The translations under genes and the position numbers were made by a program. Positions 39,201-50,800 of a stretch of DNA of 64,000 nucleotides are shown in pieces. The first letter of the stretch is position 1; the number at the start of each line of letters is the position of its first letter. The stretch is taken from positions 124,001 to 188,000 of the forward strand of contig LVLI01000229.1 in the NCBI GenBank assembly GCA_001687465.1, read 5' to 3'. The notes under the pieces are model-generated. The model was not told the origin of the DNA. It did not search any database and worked only from the letters and a program-made list of their open reading frames with translations. Source of the stretch: Halocafeteria seosinensis (lineage: Eukaryota).

Positions 39201-39279
39201 CTTGCGCAAAAAAGATAGTTCCGGTGCCCGCGTCAAACAGCACAAGTGCACTCAGTAACACAACATAAATTCCACTCAT
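27263..39279 (-). CDS. Giant surface receptor C1 (~3960 aa): signal peptide, Cys-rich GCC2/GCC3-like repeats, cadherin-like repeats, IPT/TIG repeats, EGF-like region, 9 TM (Nonagonal-cadherin-like)
   Basis: Exons 39279-39109, 39047-38603 and 38529-27263 (introns 61 and 73 bp, GT-AG) give 11883 nt in frame. Cadherin motifs DPD, LDYE/VDYE, DVAESP; many GxNFG IPT motifs; nine hydrophobic helices near the C-terminus. Confidence 0.9.
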
Positions 39280-40504
39280 TTTTGCTGCTCTTTAACGGCA
39301 ATGTCGGCACTACAATAGTGGTATGACTCGCCAGAGGGAATTTCTGTGCTAATGGTTCAAGCAGTTCTGCGCCACACGAAACAGTAGGAAAAATCAGGAT
39401 TGTCGTCAGTTGTTGGGCACTTGAGCCAAAGTGACGCATGATGCACATGTCTTGACGAATCTTTGAAGGTGTTACTTTCCGCACAATTGTCCGAGCTAAC
39501 TACCAGGTAGCGAGTATCGCTTTGAGCCCCACAAGTGGCCAGCAGTATATATTACAACCAAGAAGTACACATATGCAAAGTTCAAGGACTTACAAAGGCC
39601 TGATTGGACAATAAATGGCTTGTGCTTTCGCGCTAATCGCAGAGAATAATCGCCAACCAGGAAACAGGGTGCGATGCAGCTCGATTATTTATGTCGCAAA
39701 CTCAAAGAGACGATTTGCTGAACCCATACACGTCAAAGCGTGATTGTTGGGGACAGGAAGGAGTTATACAATACAATAACATAATTAACTGTTGTCCCGG
39801 CGCTTCTGGACGGGAGGACCCCCACAGCTTCTCCGGGAACTCCGAACGCAAGAGTCTTCAAGTCACTCTGGGGGGACCCCAACCCGCAACGCGGAGAGTG
39901 TCAAGACTCGCTCCCCACAAACTCCACCATGGGGAGCGACGCTGTCAGTGTAAAGTGCAGATTTCGCTGAGCAGTGCACATCCACGTCTGGGGTTGTACT
40001 GCGCGGGTGTTGACAATCTGTTGCGCTCAAAGGCGTGCTTTCGGGGGCTGACGAGGGGGATCCTGGGAAATTTGGCTCGAACCGAGCTATCCACATGCAG
40101 AATTCCACTCTGGTGCGCCACATCTATCTATGAATGGCTAACGTGTTCTGCTCTTTTGGTGTCCCTGGGTCCAAAATAACTAGAGTAAGTACGGATATTG
40201 TATGACGAAGTCTTAATGTTCTATCAAGGGACCTTTGCTGGCGAAGAATCGTCGCCGGATCTTGTTGGACGTAAACTTCTCAGAACAGTAAACGGTGTTT
40301 AGGACTTGTTTTTGCAGAATACGAATGGTTTATGACTCTAAATTTATATGTCTAACAGATTATGAGACGAAATGTTCTATACTATTGGTACCATCTCCGT
40401 TTCAGCCGTTTCCTGCGAAAGGGGAACCTGGGGGGATCTGAGAAGTGAACACCTCTGTGACCGCGAATATTTGCAATTGAATGTCTGCATAGGCATTTTC
40501 TAGG

Positions 40505-40776
40505 TCAATCTTCTCTCCAAAATAACATGGACCTTTGGGATGTCGGAGAAATAGACGATGTGCCGCCGACGGCGCGACATCGGATGGGCCTGAGGCCTTG
40601 ACCAGACTGAGGGCACTGACATGGACACGGGCGCAACTGCGTAAGATACGGCGTTGCTTGCTGACTATCTCGAAGGTGTTTAACGCGCAAGTTTGTCTCC
40701 ACGTTGTCTGAATTCCGTGGCGGATCTGGGTCGGGATTACGGTGAACAAGGCTCCCGGAGAAATGACACCTTGCTT
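40505..40776 (-). other. Orphan exon homologous to the last exon of the Asp-rich genes (candidate alternative terminal exon or remnant)
   Basis: Acceptor ...CATCATTATTGTAG|AAGCAAGGTGTCATTTC (EARCHFSG) parallels ...CATCATTTTTGCAG|AAGAAAGGTGTCGATTC (EERCRFYG) in the same phase; open to a stop at 40505. Confidence 0.6.
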
Positions 40777-41237
40777 CTACAATAATGATGATGAGCTTGT
40801 AAAGTGGCACTAAGAACCATGAGAGCTTCTATCACGAATGTAACTACTAAGCCAAAGTCTAAATAGACGGTGGCCTATATGCTACGAGAGTGTGGACATT
40901 AGTGGAACCAGATGACGACAAAACGCTGAAATACATAATAATAATATATTACAGGTAATTGTTCAAATAAAGCCCGACTGATGACGCTGTGGCATACAAG
41001 TCACTGAACATAGCGGGTGGAAGCGTCACATGAGCGTCAGAGAAGATCAAAAAAATTCAATTCCACACTGATTCCACATATTTGCTAGACTCATGTGCAA
41101 CTTGATGGAAAGTCCATAGAAGCAACTTGCTGGAGAAATAACGGTGCATTCCCGTTTGCTTGTACAACCTTATTCGTCCAATCAAGAAGTGTCGGGCTAT
41201 TGCAGTACAACTACGTACTGCTACACTACACTGATAC

Positions 41238-42347
41238 TCAAGGAGAGACAATAGTGTTAATTTGTCCTTTTTTAGCGTTATTTGGACGTCTTCGTCCGTT
41301 TTTTCCTCTCGTTGAATGTCGACGAGCGAGTACAGCCTTTCCTCGCTTCACATCACGCGGCTTCTCTGGATGATTCTTTGACCCGGGTCGGCTCCTCCGC
41401 TTATGGCCATCAGGACCCTTTTTCGGGTGTCTCTTGGATCCGCGAAGGCGACCGTAGAAGCGGCATTTTCCTTCTGCAACCTTGACAATAAATTTGTATA
41501 TCACTCTGAGTACCTCTCTTGACAGTCGACCGCGGGAAAGTTGCTTACCTTCGATACCCCATTGGTCAGCAGGTGCGGGAGTACCTGCGAGGCACGTCTC
41601 TGAGAGCGCCTCTGTGTGTACATACATGTACCCATCAGCCGCATCAATGTAAATGCAGCCATCTTTAGGTGTATAGTCGTCGTCATTGTTGTAATCGTCA
41701 TCGTAGTAATAATCATCGTCGGTATAGAAATCATCGTCACCATCGTCGTTGTAGATATCGTCATCAGCGTAGTAGTCGTCGTCAGTGGTGTAATCATCAT
41801 CACCATCATCATCAGATGGGTCATCGTCGTCAGTATAATCATCATCAACTGTGTCGTCATAGTAGTTGTCGTCAGTGGCGTCATCATCGTTGAAGTAGTC
41901 ATCATCATACAAGTAATCATCATCAGAAACTGGTATGTAGCCGAGCTGGATTGCATACCAATTGGAGCCGTCATCCAGATTGCTAACTCCACTGCACATA
42001 CCACGAGGTGGCACATCAAGAGACAGTAGGATACAGACCCAAAAATGAAGGAAGAATCCTTACGTTGTGGTGTAACTGTAGCAAGTTATGCTGTATCTCA
42101 TTTTGCGACAAACTTCAGCAGTTCCTCCCTTAGTGCCATTTACGATGCGTCTCAGATCAACTGATACACACTTATATCCATGAGAAGCCTTCCATTGCTT
42201 CCTGCAAATCATCGGTCAAAGTTGAGAGTCCACAACGGATCTTCCAAACTAAGTAGTAAGCACTCACCGGTAGGAGTCAGGAAGAGTATCAGCCACTCCG
42301 GCAGTGACAAGAGTCGTCAGCAGCATGAGGACGGTTAGAGTCCTCAT
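41238..42347 (-). CDS. Secreted Asp/Tyr-rich protein B1 (298 aa, 4 exons) with Lys/Arg-rich C-terminal tail
   Basis: Exons 42347-42268, 42201-42064, 41991-41549 and 41473-41238 (897 nt). Signal MRTLTVLMLLTTLVTAGVA; DDDY-rich tract; tail KRHPKKGPDGHKRRSRP. Confidence 0.85.
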
Positions 42348-43144
42348 ACCTGCTCGATTGGCTTCTAAATGGGAATAGAAGAGCTTCTTTCCTCAGAATC
42401 CAGAGTTCACAAGCACTCTGTCTTCGGTCGGGATGACCGCCTCACGGACTTTCTTGTCGTCCTCTACAGTAGTGTTGCAGACAATGAATCCAGGTACGTC
42501 TGTCTTCGCAGTTTATGTTGTAGTTCTCGCTTTAGATTATTTGTTTTCAACCCAAACGAGGCAACTGGTTTTCTTGGTACGCGGATGTGCTCTTCAAAGC
42601 TGGAGGACGTGGGTTCAAGTTGGGGATCCATGACTCATGAGGAAAGATCCCGCACTCACACTGCATGCATATCAGACCGTGGCAAGGGCTACAGCATATA
42701 TGGCACACCACTACCAACTCGTAGACGATCTTGAGGATCCGGGATGGAAGGGGGCATTGAGCACGCTCGTACACGTTGATGGCATCAACGGCCTTGACCG
42801 TGACCGTCGCCCAGCGTGAAGTGCAACTACCAGTGGTACATGTACAGGCTTACAGTGCGAATTGCATTCCAGCCGATTTGCTAAAAAAGGGTGAATTGCA
42901 TGAGCTAACAGAAACTCATCATGACAACCAGAAGGAAGCTTCCCAGAACAGAAGACTGTCATTACTGTAGTCAGTGCTGTACCTGGTTACCAGGTCTGTC
43001 GGTGTAACTTCATGTCAAGTTAATGAAACATAGATAGAATCCGGTACCAGATATGTTGCAGAAACAACGGTACATTTTTGTTTGCTTATTTGTCCAATCA
43101 GCAACTAGACTAGATTTCTTCCGGTACCCACATCAGCAGCTGAC

Positions 43145-44246
43145 TCAAGACGAGGCAACAGTGTTAGTCGCTCCTTTCCTGGCAACAGCATTTGGGTGTT
43201 TTCGCCCGTTTCTCGCTCTCTTAGGATGCCGACGAGTGTGCGCGGTCTTCCCTCGCTTAGCGTCATGCTCATTCTCTGGATGCTTCTTTGATCCGGGCCG
43301 ACGCTTCCGCTTGTGCCCGTTAGACCCCTTTTTCGGGTGTCGCTTACCACGAAGGCCCCCGTAGAATCGACACCTTTCTTCTGCAAAAATGATGATAAGC
43401 TTGAAGAGTGACACCCAGTATAATGAGAGCTTTTATCACAAGAATGTAGCTTACCTTCCACAAGCCATTGGTCGGCAGGCGACGGAGTGGCGGTAAGGCA
43501 CGTTTCCTGAGAGCTCAGCGTGTGCGTATACATGTACCCTTCAACAGCATCAATGTAGACACAGCCGTCGTTAGGAGAATAGTCGTCATTTGAATCATCG
43601 TTGTAGTAGTCATCGTCATTGTAGTAGTTGTCATCGTTGTAGTTGTCATCATTGTAGTTGTCGTCATTATAGTTGTCATCATTGTAGTTGTCATCGTTGT
43701 AGTTGTCATCGTTGTAGTTGTCGTCATTATAGTTGTCGTCATTGTAATCATCGTCATAGTCATAGTCGTCATCTACAGAGTCGTCATCGTAGAAGTAGTC
43801 GTCATCGTAGTAGTAATCATCATCACTAGCTGGTATCTCTCCGAGCTGAATTGCGTACCAATTGTTGTTCTGAACTAAATTGTACACGCCACTGCACATG
43901 CAATGAAAAGATACGTCCAAGGAGAATAGACTACAGTGGCCGCAAGCAAAGAAGGATTCTTACGTCGTAGTGTAATTGTAGCAAGCTAGGTTGTCCCTTC
44001 TTTTGTGACAAATTTCGGCGGTTCCTCCCTGCGTTCCATTCACGACGCGTCTTAGATCAGCTGACACACACTGATGTCCGTGGGTAGCCTTCCATTGTTT
44101 CCTGTACAAAAACGTCAGTGGGTGGCGAAACGGGGATTTTCTTCATTCGAGGCTCTCATTACTCACCTGTACGAGCTGGGAAGAGTATCAGCCACTCCAA
44201 CAGCGACAATCGCTGCGAGCAGTACGAAGATACTAAGAGTTCTCAT
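43145..44246 (-). CDS. Secreted Asp/Tyr/Asn-rich protein B2 (296 aa, 4 exons), paralog of B1
   Basis: Exons 44246-44167, 44101-43964, 43891-43455 and 43380-43145 (891 nt); intron positions and phases match B1. Signal MRTLSIFVLLAAIVAVGVA. Confidence 0.87.
43624..43743 (-). repeat. Coding minisatellite, 8 x 15 bp encoding (NDDNY)8
   Basis: Units RTAGTTGTCRTCRTT on the + strand; all variation is at synonymous positions. Confidence 0.92.
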
Positions 44247-44885
44247 TTTTTCTAACCTAGTGCCTTCTATACGGGAGTAGAAGAGCTTCTTTCCTTCGGA
44301 TCCGGAATTCGTCCTTCCAACGAACACTTTTTCTTGAGTCGGAACGACCGTCGTCAGCACTCGCTCGATGGTCCCGCAGTATTGCAGATGGACACAAGTA
44401 TGTCCGTTGCCGTAGCTATCTTTTTCCTGGCTTGTTTGGTTTCAAAATAAACGAGGGTACTCAGAACAACCCTTTTTCTTCCTGCTATGTTCTTTGGAGC
44501 GTTTGAGGACGTGGTTCAAGTTGGGATCCAAAGGAAAAAGATACCGCACCGACACTACAGGCTGTCTACAGTGTCTGACGTTGGCAGGGGCTATGGCACG
44601 ATACTGTCTTGCAAAAGACTAAAGGTATGCTCAACATTTGTGATTGGTTCATTGGGGACAATACAGTATGAAGTGCGGGCACCACGTACCGGTCTGTTGC
44701 GCGGTTTTTTCTCTAGATACGAAAGGTGCGTATCAGAATTGCTCCTACCGGCAGACGGTATATGAAGACATAAAAGATATTAAATGGCCTCCGATACTTC
44801 CAGAAAGAAATTCAGAGTTGCTCCCACCGGAAGACGGTACCAATTGTAAGCGAAGACATACTGTAAACGACATTAAATGGCCCGG

Positions 44886-44944
44886 TACTAAGAGTTCTCA
44901 TTTTTTCTAACCTAGTGCCTTCTATACGGGAGTAGAAGAGCTTC
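44886..44944. repeat. Exact 59-bp duplicate of 44231..44289 (B2 start codon and 5' flank)
   Basis: TACTAAGAGTTCTCATTTTTTCTAACCTAGTGCCTTCTATACGGGAGTAGAAGAGCTTC occurs at both sites. Confidence 0.93.
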
Positions 44945-45904
44945 AAAAATTAGCTGCGGTGGACTTCGAATGTGGACTCGCTACAGCATCAATGTCATCC
45001 CTCACACATACACAGTGTGAACCACACGCTGCAAGACTCCGCTGTCTCAATGGGGTACAAGTGCCCTGGCATATGTCTGGACCGATTTTCCGCAGGTTTT
45101 CGCGCCAATTTTCTCAAAGATTTTAGCGTATCTTCACAAAAGCATCATCATCTGGAGGGCCGTATCTTTGACATGCGTACCGTATTTTTTGCACTAAAAA
45201 CAGCGCCAGAATCAGCGTTTTCGGGCGATTCCTCTGCTTCCCGCACAGTACAATCATTTCTGTGGGATAGCCACCGAAGATTCAAATCTCAAGTTGCACC
45301 TCGTCTGCCAAGGTCCACGAACTTCGGTAGTGGAGGAATTTTGATTGAGTTGGATTTTTTCGAAAACAAATGTACCAATTTGTTCTTCATTGAAAAAATA
45401 AACTTTTCATATAACCGAATTTTCTAATGATGAGTAAAAGGCTTCATAATACCAGTGAACGTGTCGAGAGTTCCCGAAGTGGGCAGCTGGCCAAACTTCA
45501 AGCGATCCAGGCCATAGAGAATATCTCTTCAGCAACGGCGACGATAACCCCAGCCCAAAAGCTCGCTCGTAGTGGAAACTTGATAGAATATCGTGAATTG
45601 CGAAAAACTGATATTTCGCCTTCCAACAGCACCAGAATAAGCTCGTTTGAGAAGACGTTGCGATGTTGTGAAGAAGCCGCACGCGAGATGGCGACAGTGA
45701 TCGTGCTTTACGAGAGCTGCGTAAGATACAGGTACCCCTTGACAACAATGAAGTGATATTTCATAATGTATTTGCACATGCCATAGTTCTATATGCTATT
45801 TGCAGCACTTGCATCAACGAAATAGACGGTGACTCCAGCAGAAGCGGTGAGGTCTCAACTTCACAAGAGTCTACCACGGGTTAGACATTGGCTCATAGCT
45901 AACA

Positions 45905-46700
45905 ATGTGGACAATGAGTGTCGCAAAGCTAATGCCTACATGGAAAAAGCAATTAATTGAGTTGGTGGTTGCATTTAATGGAGTGTCTCGCAGCAGTGTA
46001 AGCCGGATTCTGCATGAATATTTCGCCAAAGCAGAAGTTCGTCGAGGCCCCCGCACTGGACCACCACCGAAAGAGTTTCGCCTTTGCCAAGAGCTCGTAG
46101 CTCAATATGTAAAGCAACAGAACACTTCTAAAGCTCGAGTAACTATAATTGAAATACAGAATCACATGAAGGCTGAGTATGGATACTTCATCGCGGGATA
46201 TGAAATCGAGAGCGACAGACAATTGAATTGTGAGTGCAACCGGAACTTCCACGGGAACTACGAGGAAAGTGTTATATCTTACACCTTATGGGGCAATTTC
46301 ATGACTCTACAATGAATAGCCGTATTAGATCCTCTGTCAGCAAGGCTAAAGTATGGTCCAATGAACTCAAGAAACCATACGCTTGCGCAATGGTCCCAGG
46401 CAGGTTAGTCAACTTCCTGAAAGAATACAACCGGCAGCTGAGGGACAGTGGCCAGTAGCATGAGCCATGCGACTGACTTGTTGTCTTCTGTTACCCACAT
46501 TAAAGTGCTGTTTGCAATGCGAGAAAGCTTTTCTGGTGTTACGTGAAACAATTTGCGGCGTCACTCTTCCTGGTAGGAGAGTCAGCAAGCGGCGTGTTCC
46601 AGCGGTTGAAAGGAGGTTATTACGGAGGCAAATGGGGGCATCCCAAGATCGAAAAAGAATATTTATTCCGCGAACAAATTGAAAATGGCAGCAGGACTTC
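45905..46700 (+). mobile_element. Possible degenerate Tc1/IS630-like transposase remnant
   Basis: HTH-like GVSRSSVSRILHEY..RRGPRTGPPPK and VTIIEIQNHMKAEYG resemble transposase DNA-binding segments. No DDE domain or TIRs were recognised. Confidence 0.25.
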
Positions 46701-47848
46701 CTAAACGAGCTGTATGCCGCAATAATTGACCGGACGATAGTAAACGAGGCAGGAATCAGTCGTACTAGTTCCGGAGACATCAGAGTGAAAAGCAGTTGTC
46801 TGTCACAATATAAACCATAACCATATTATTTGGAAAACGATGATCTTCTTGATTATTGGAATTTAGTGGTGAAATTATGACTCTAAATCCTCGATTGGGT
46901 GTAGTAAAGTTGCCGTCTTTTTCTGAAGACCAAGTTGAAGTTGAAAAACACGTAGGCTCTCGTGTTTAAGCCGGCGTAGCATACTATTTAAGCTGTATTT
47001 TGAGAATCTAAACGCGTCAAAATAATCGACATTGCTTTATCTATACGATCACATGGACTAAATTTATTAAAAGAGTCTTATACAGTATATGTTGGGGATT
47101 GAAGTTGAAAAACACCGGATCGGTTCAGACATATTCCGGAGCACTTGTACAGTAGCAGACACAAACTGCGGTGTTTCTTGCGTTTTTGTTACTCATCCAT
47201 AGGCCATGGGAAGTCCTAAACTTGTTCGAAAACCAATACATACCGTCTTGTTTCTTGCCACTCTGCAATGCCATTGAGTTTTCGCTGCTTTCGTACAATA
47301 CCATTTACTGCAGCTCCTGGGCTCGTACGAGACTTCATCCAGTTCGGTGTGAACCATTCAATCCTGGTCAATTCAATGTGTGCTCGGTGCATCGGATTAC
47401 GGGTTTGAAAAGCAAGGAGATTGCTACAGTTTAAGTTGAATACACCCCTATTGTAGCAACTAAATAGTTGGTACAACTTACAGCCTGCAGCGATTTGCCG
47501 TGTGTATTTTGGAAGACGTGTAATTAGGGTTGAAAACCAAGTACGGCCAAACAAGGATGGTTAAATACAGTGCATTTGGTCGCAAGGCACAGGAAGTGAA
47601 TCCAGACAATACTGTATTGACCCCACAACTGAGGGCAAAAATAAGAGGAATCGTGTGCGATCGCGATAAAAAAATATCTCTGGAAACTGGAGGAATTGAA
47701 TAGCCAAGAACGAGGATGGTTTTCCGAGTGGAATTAATGGCATGTATAGAATAGCATGGTGCAGATTTCTTTGGAGGGAAGTAGCGAAAAGGGGAACTTC
47801 TTGCCTTGGAAACCTTAGTCAGTCGACCACTGGATTGATTGGCTTTGG

Positions 47849-50800
47849 TTATTCCTCTCTTCGAGTCTTCTCCCCAGTCTCCATTGGCTGTACTTCCTGG
47901 TCTTTATGCTCATTTTCCCATGAGAAAACATTTCCGGTGCGCTTCTCTTCCAATTTCTCCGCTTCCTTTACTGCAGCAACCGAAACCTGTTTTGAGCCAA
48001 TGGAGACTTCTCCCTCCAGATCTTGATCCTTTGCCGGGGCCCTAGAAACCTGCTTAAAGTTACTCTTTTTATGAGATCCGAGCTTCGCCTTGTACTGAAG
48101 GAAATCCGTATCCCTATCCCTAGCGGAATGGGACTCTGCGAGCTTTTGCAAGCGCCGAACCTCACCTCGAGCGTCTTCTAATCTCTGTCTTATCCTTAGC
48201 GACCCACGTGCCTCGGGTTCCTCTTCCTTCTTCGAAGACTTCGAGCAAGACAATGCAAGCGGATTTAACTGCGTAGAATACCTTGATTGTTTTCGACGCT
48301 TTTTGTTATCTTTGTCGCCAGTGTCCTCTAAAGACCTGGCCTTTACTGCTCGTCCGCACGAGACTTTGGACAACATATTCAATGCAGTACCTGGATAGAA
48401 CGTACTTAGTAGCTCGAACGAGAAAACTAAAAGGAAATAAGCAGAGCTAATAGCAATCAAAACCACAGTCAAGACTCCGAGAAGCTCCCATTCCTCATTG
48501 TTTCTTCGTCGCTCATCTCCCTTGAATCGGCCCGAGAGAAACATAATGCCGAATAAATTGACAAGGAGCGCACTTCCTAATAGCAGTGACTCGACAACGT
48601 TGTAGTCTGCCAGTAACCGTACAATAGGTTGAGAAACCGGGATCTGGTCTCGTTGTTTTTCACGCTGTCTATCGAGATTGTCCATAGTCTTCGCTCGGGT
48701 TGTCCGTTGAGCGTTCATTTCATTTGTCGCGTCAATTACGGTTTGGATCTGCATGTGGGTTTGGTCGCCTTCCTCAACTTTTTTGTCATGCTGTTCAACA
48801 ACCTCCTTGTACTGACGCTTGCTCATATATGGCATATGCCGAATCTGGAGCGTGAATGCCGCAAAGATGACCAAGAGTGACATACATAGTTGATAAATCG
48901 GTGAGGTGCGGAACATTAGTGCAGTGAGTGCAATGAATAGTTTCCTAAGTAAAATCAGAGTTATCCAATACCACTTTCCCGGTCTAAACAAGTAGTAAAG
49001 TCTTTGGTAGCGCCGGCGGAAGATGAAATTGGGATTTGTCAATGGCTCCTTCCCCTGACCATGTGCTCGGAGAATCTGGTCATGTTTCACTCTCTCTTGG
49101 TTCTTCCGTAAAAAGAGATAGGAACCCACTGGGAAAGCGATCACATACAACAGACAAGTAAGAAGAGCCAGAGGCAACAGGAGATTTACGTGTACATCGG
49201 ATTCTCCACAAATTATATCAGTGTTGCCAGCCATGTATAGGTTCCCATCCGGAGGATCAGCGGGAGTACAGTTGAAGACGTCCAGTGTCATTCGCGAGAG
49301 GAACAAGTACAGCACGTACATTATGATGAGAGTTGTCGCAATCAGTGGACTAACGTGAGTGTGCCGTTTCCCAGCTGGAAGATTCAGAATGCAAAGCTTG
49401 TATAGGTAGTGAACAAAGTAAAGGACGCCAAGCAAGACGATTGCCGCTACTGGAATTGCCATCATCGTCAACCATCGCACATGATATGGTGGTGAAGGCT
49501 GAACGTAGCACTCTGGAGCTGCAAGTTCTAGATTAAAATTGAAAAACGAAAGGATTTGGAAAGTTCTTTCGACTGACGTCGGCCATGCCACGCGTGTTCT
49601 TGCGAAAATTGCTACTACCTGGAAATAATCGAGACCAATTGTAAATGCTGCGAGTTGGATCTGCTTCGCATTGATCAAGTATCCTCCCACGGCAGCGCCT
49701 ATCGCGGCGAGCAAAAACATCACACCCAGCATCCACGAATTCTCAGGACATCGTACGCATTCCCCATTTAACCGGAAATGAGTACCCTCCACACAGTCAC
49801 TACACCGACTAGAAGTATATCCCTCAGCGCAGGTGTTATTACCCGTACAAGCAAATTTGGGAATACACCCCAAGAATACTGGGCACTCATGTCGGCTTTG
49901 CCGCGCTTCATGACATCTATCCGATGGGGTGCTATCGTTTACTCTCCAGAAGCCTTCATCGGCGTATATAAGATCTTCTTGTAGTTCCCCACCAGGACAC
50001 ACAGCCCCCACTTCTTCTTCGGGACAATAAAGGCACCGTTCACCTTCAATACCGTACCACTTCGGCTCACATAAGGCTATTACGAATCTTCTCCATTCGG
50101 GAAAGTACACATCACGCTCTGCCAACGTCAAGTTTATGCTCTTTGGTCCCACTGTGTCCCGCTGGGTATCGCATTCAATCTTGCTGTCTCCAGCAACAAA
50201 CGCCCCAATACACTCAACCTCGCCAACAAACACAGTGGCACGGGGAGTAGCGGGACCAAAGTTCTTTCCTTCTATCACAACTGTCTGCCCCTCCGCGTTT
50301 GGCATATTTGGTTTGATTGCGCGGATTAGTGGTGGATCATAACTCATGGTAGTAGTTTCAATAGGCGGTCGCCCGTCGACTAGCACTTGAACTTCTAAGG
50401 ACTTCCCAACACCGCGAGGTAACCTGCATATCACGTTTTCATGGCTCATAAGTGATTGATACTCCTCCGGTATTTTACACAAGCTCTCAACACTGTGTAT
50501 CGTGACTGCGATGAGTGAAGGACTAGGTCCGAAATTTCGTCCAATAATTCTCAAAGGGACCGCGCCTTGGGCAGGAAAGCAATCTGGATATACAGGTGTG
50601 CAGTCACGTTCGTGACTATCGGTGTCACTTTCTACACACTGGGTGACAGGTGAACAATCGCGGTTTCCGTGGAGGTCGCTATCTGCACGAAATATTTGAT
50701 GCACCTCAGGTGGATCGAACGTGAACTCCAGAGAGTTGCCCAGTGCCTTGTCTTCTTTGCTCCAACCGTTTGGAATTACCTTGACTACATTGTCACCGTA

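Noticed and set aside
39691..40179. 162-aa + strand ORF upstream of C1
   Set aside because: No motif, paralog or splice support.
41501..43829. Met/Thr-rich, Val/Ile-rich and His/Cys-rich ORFs overlapping the Asp tracts
   Set aside because: Alternative-frame and antisense shadows of GAY/TAY repeats; synonymous variation supports only the Asp/Tyr frame.
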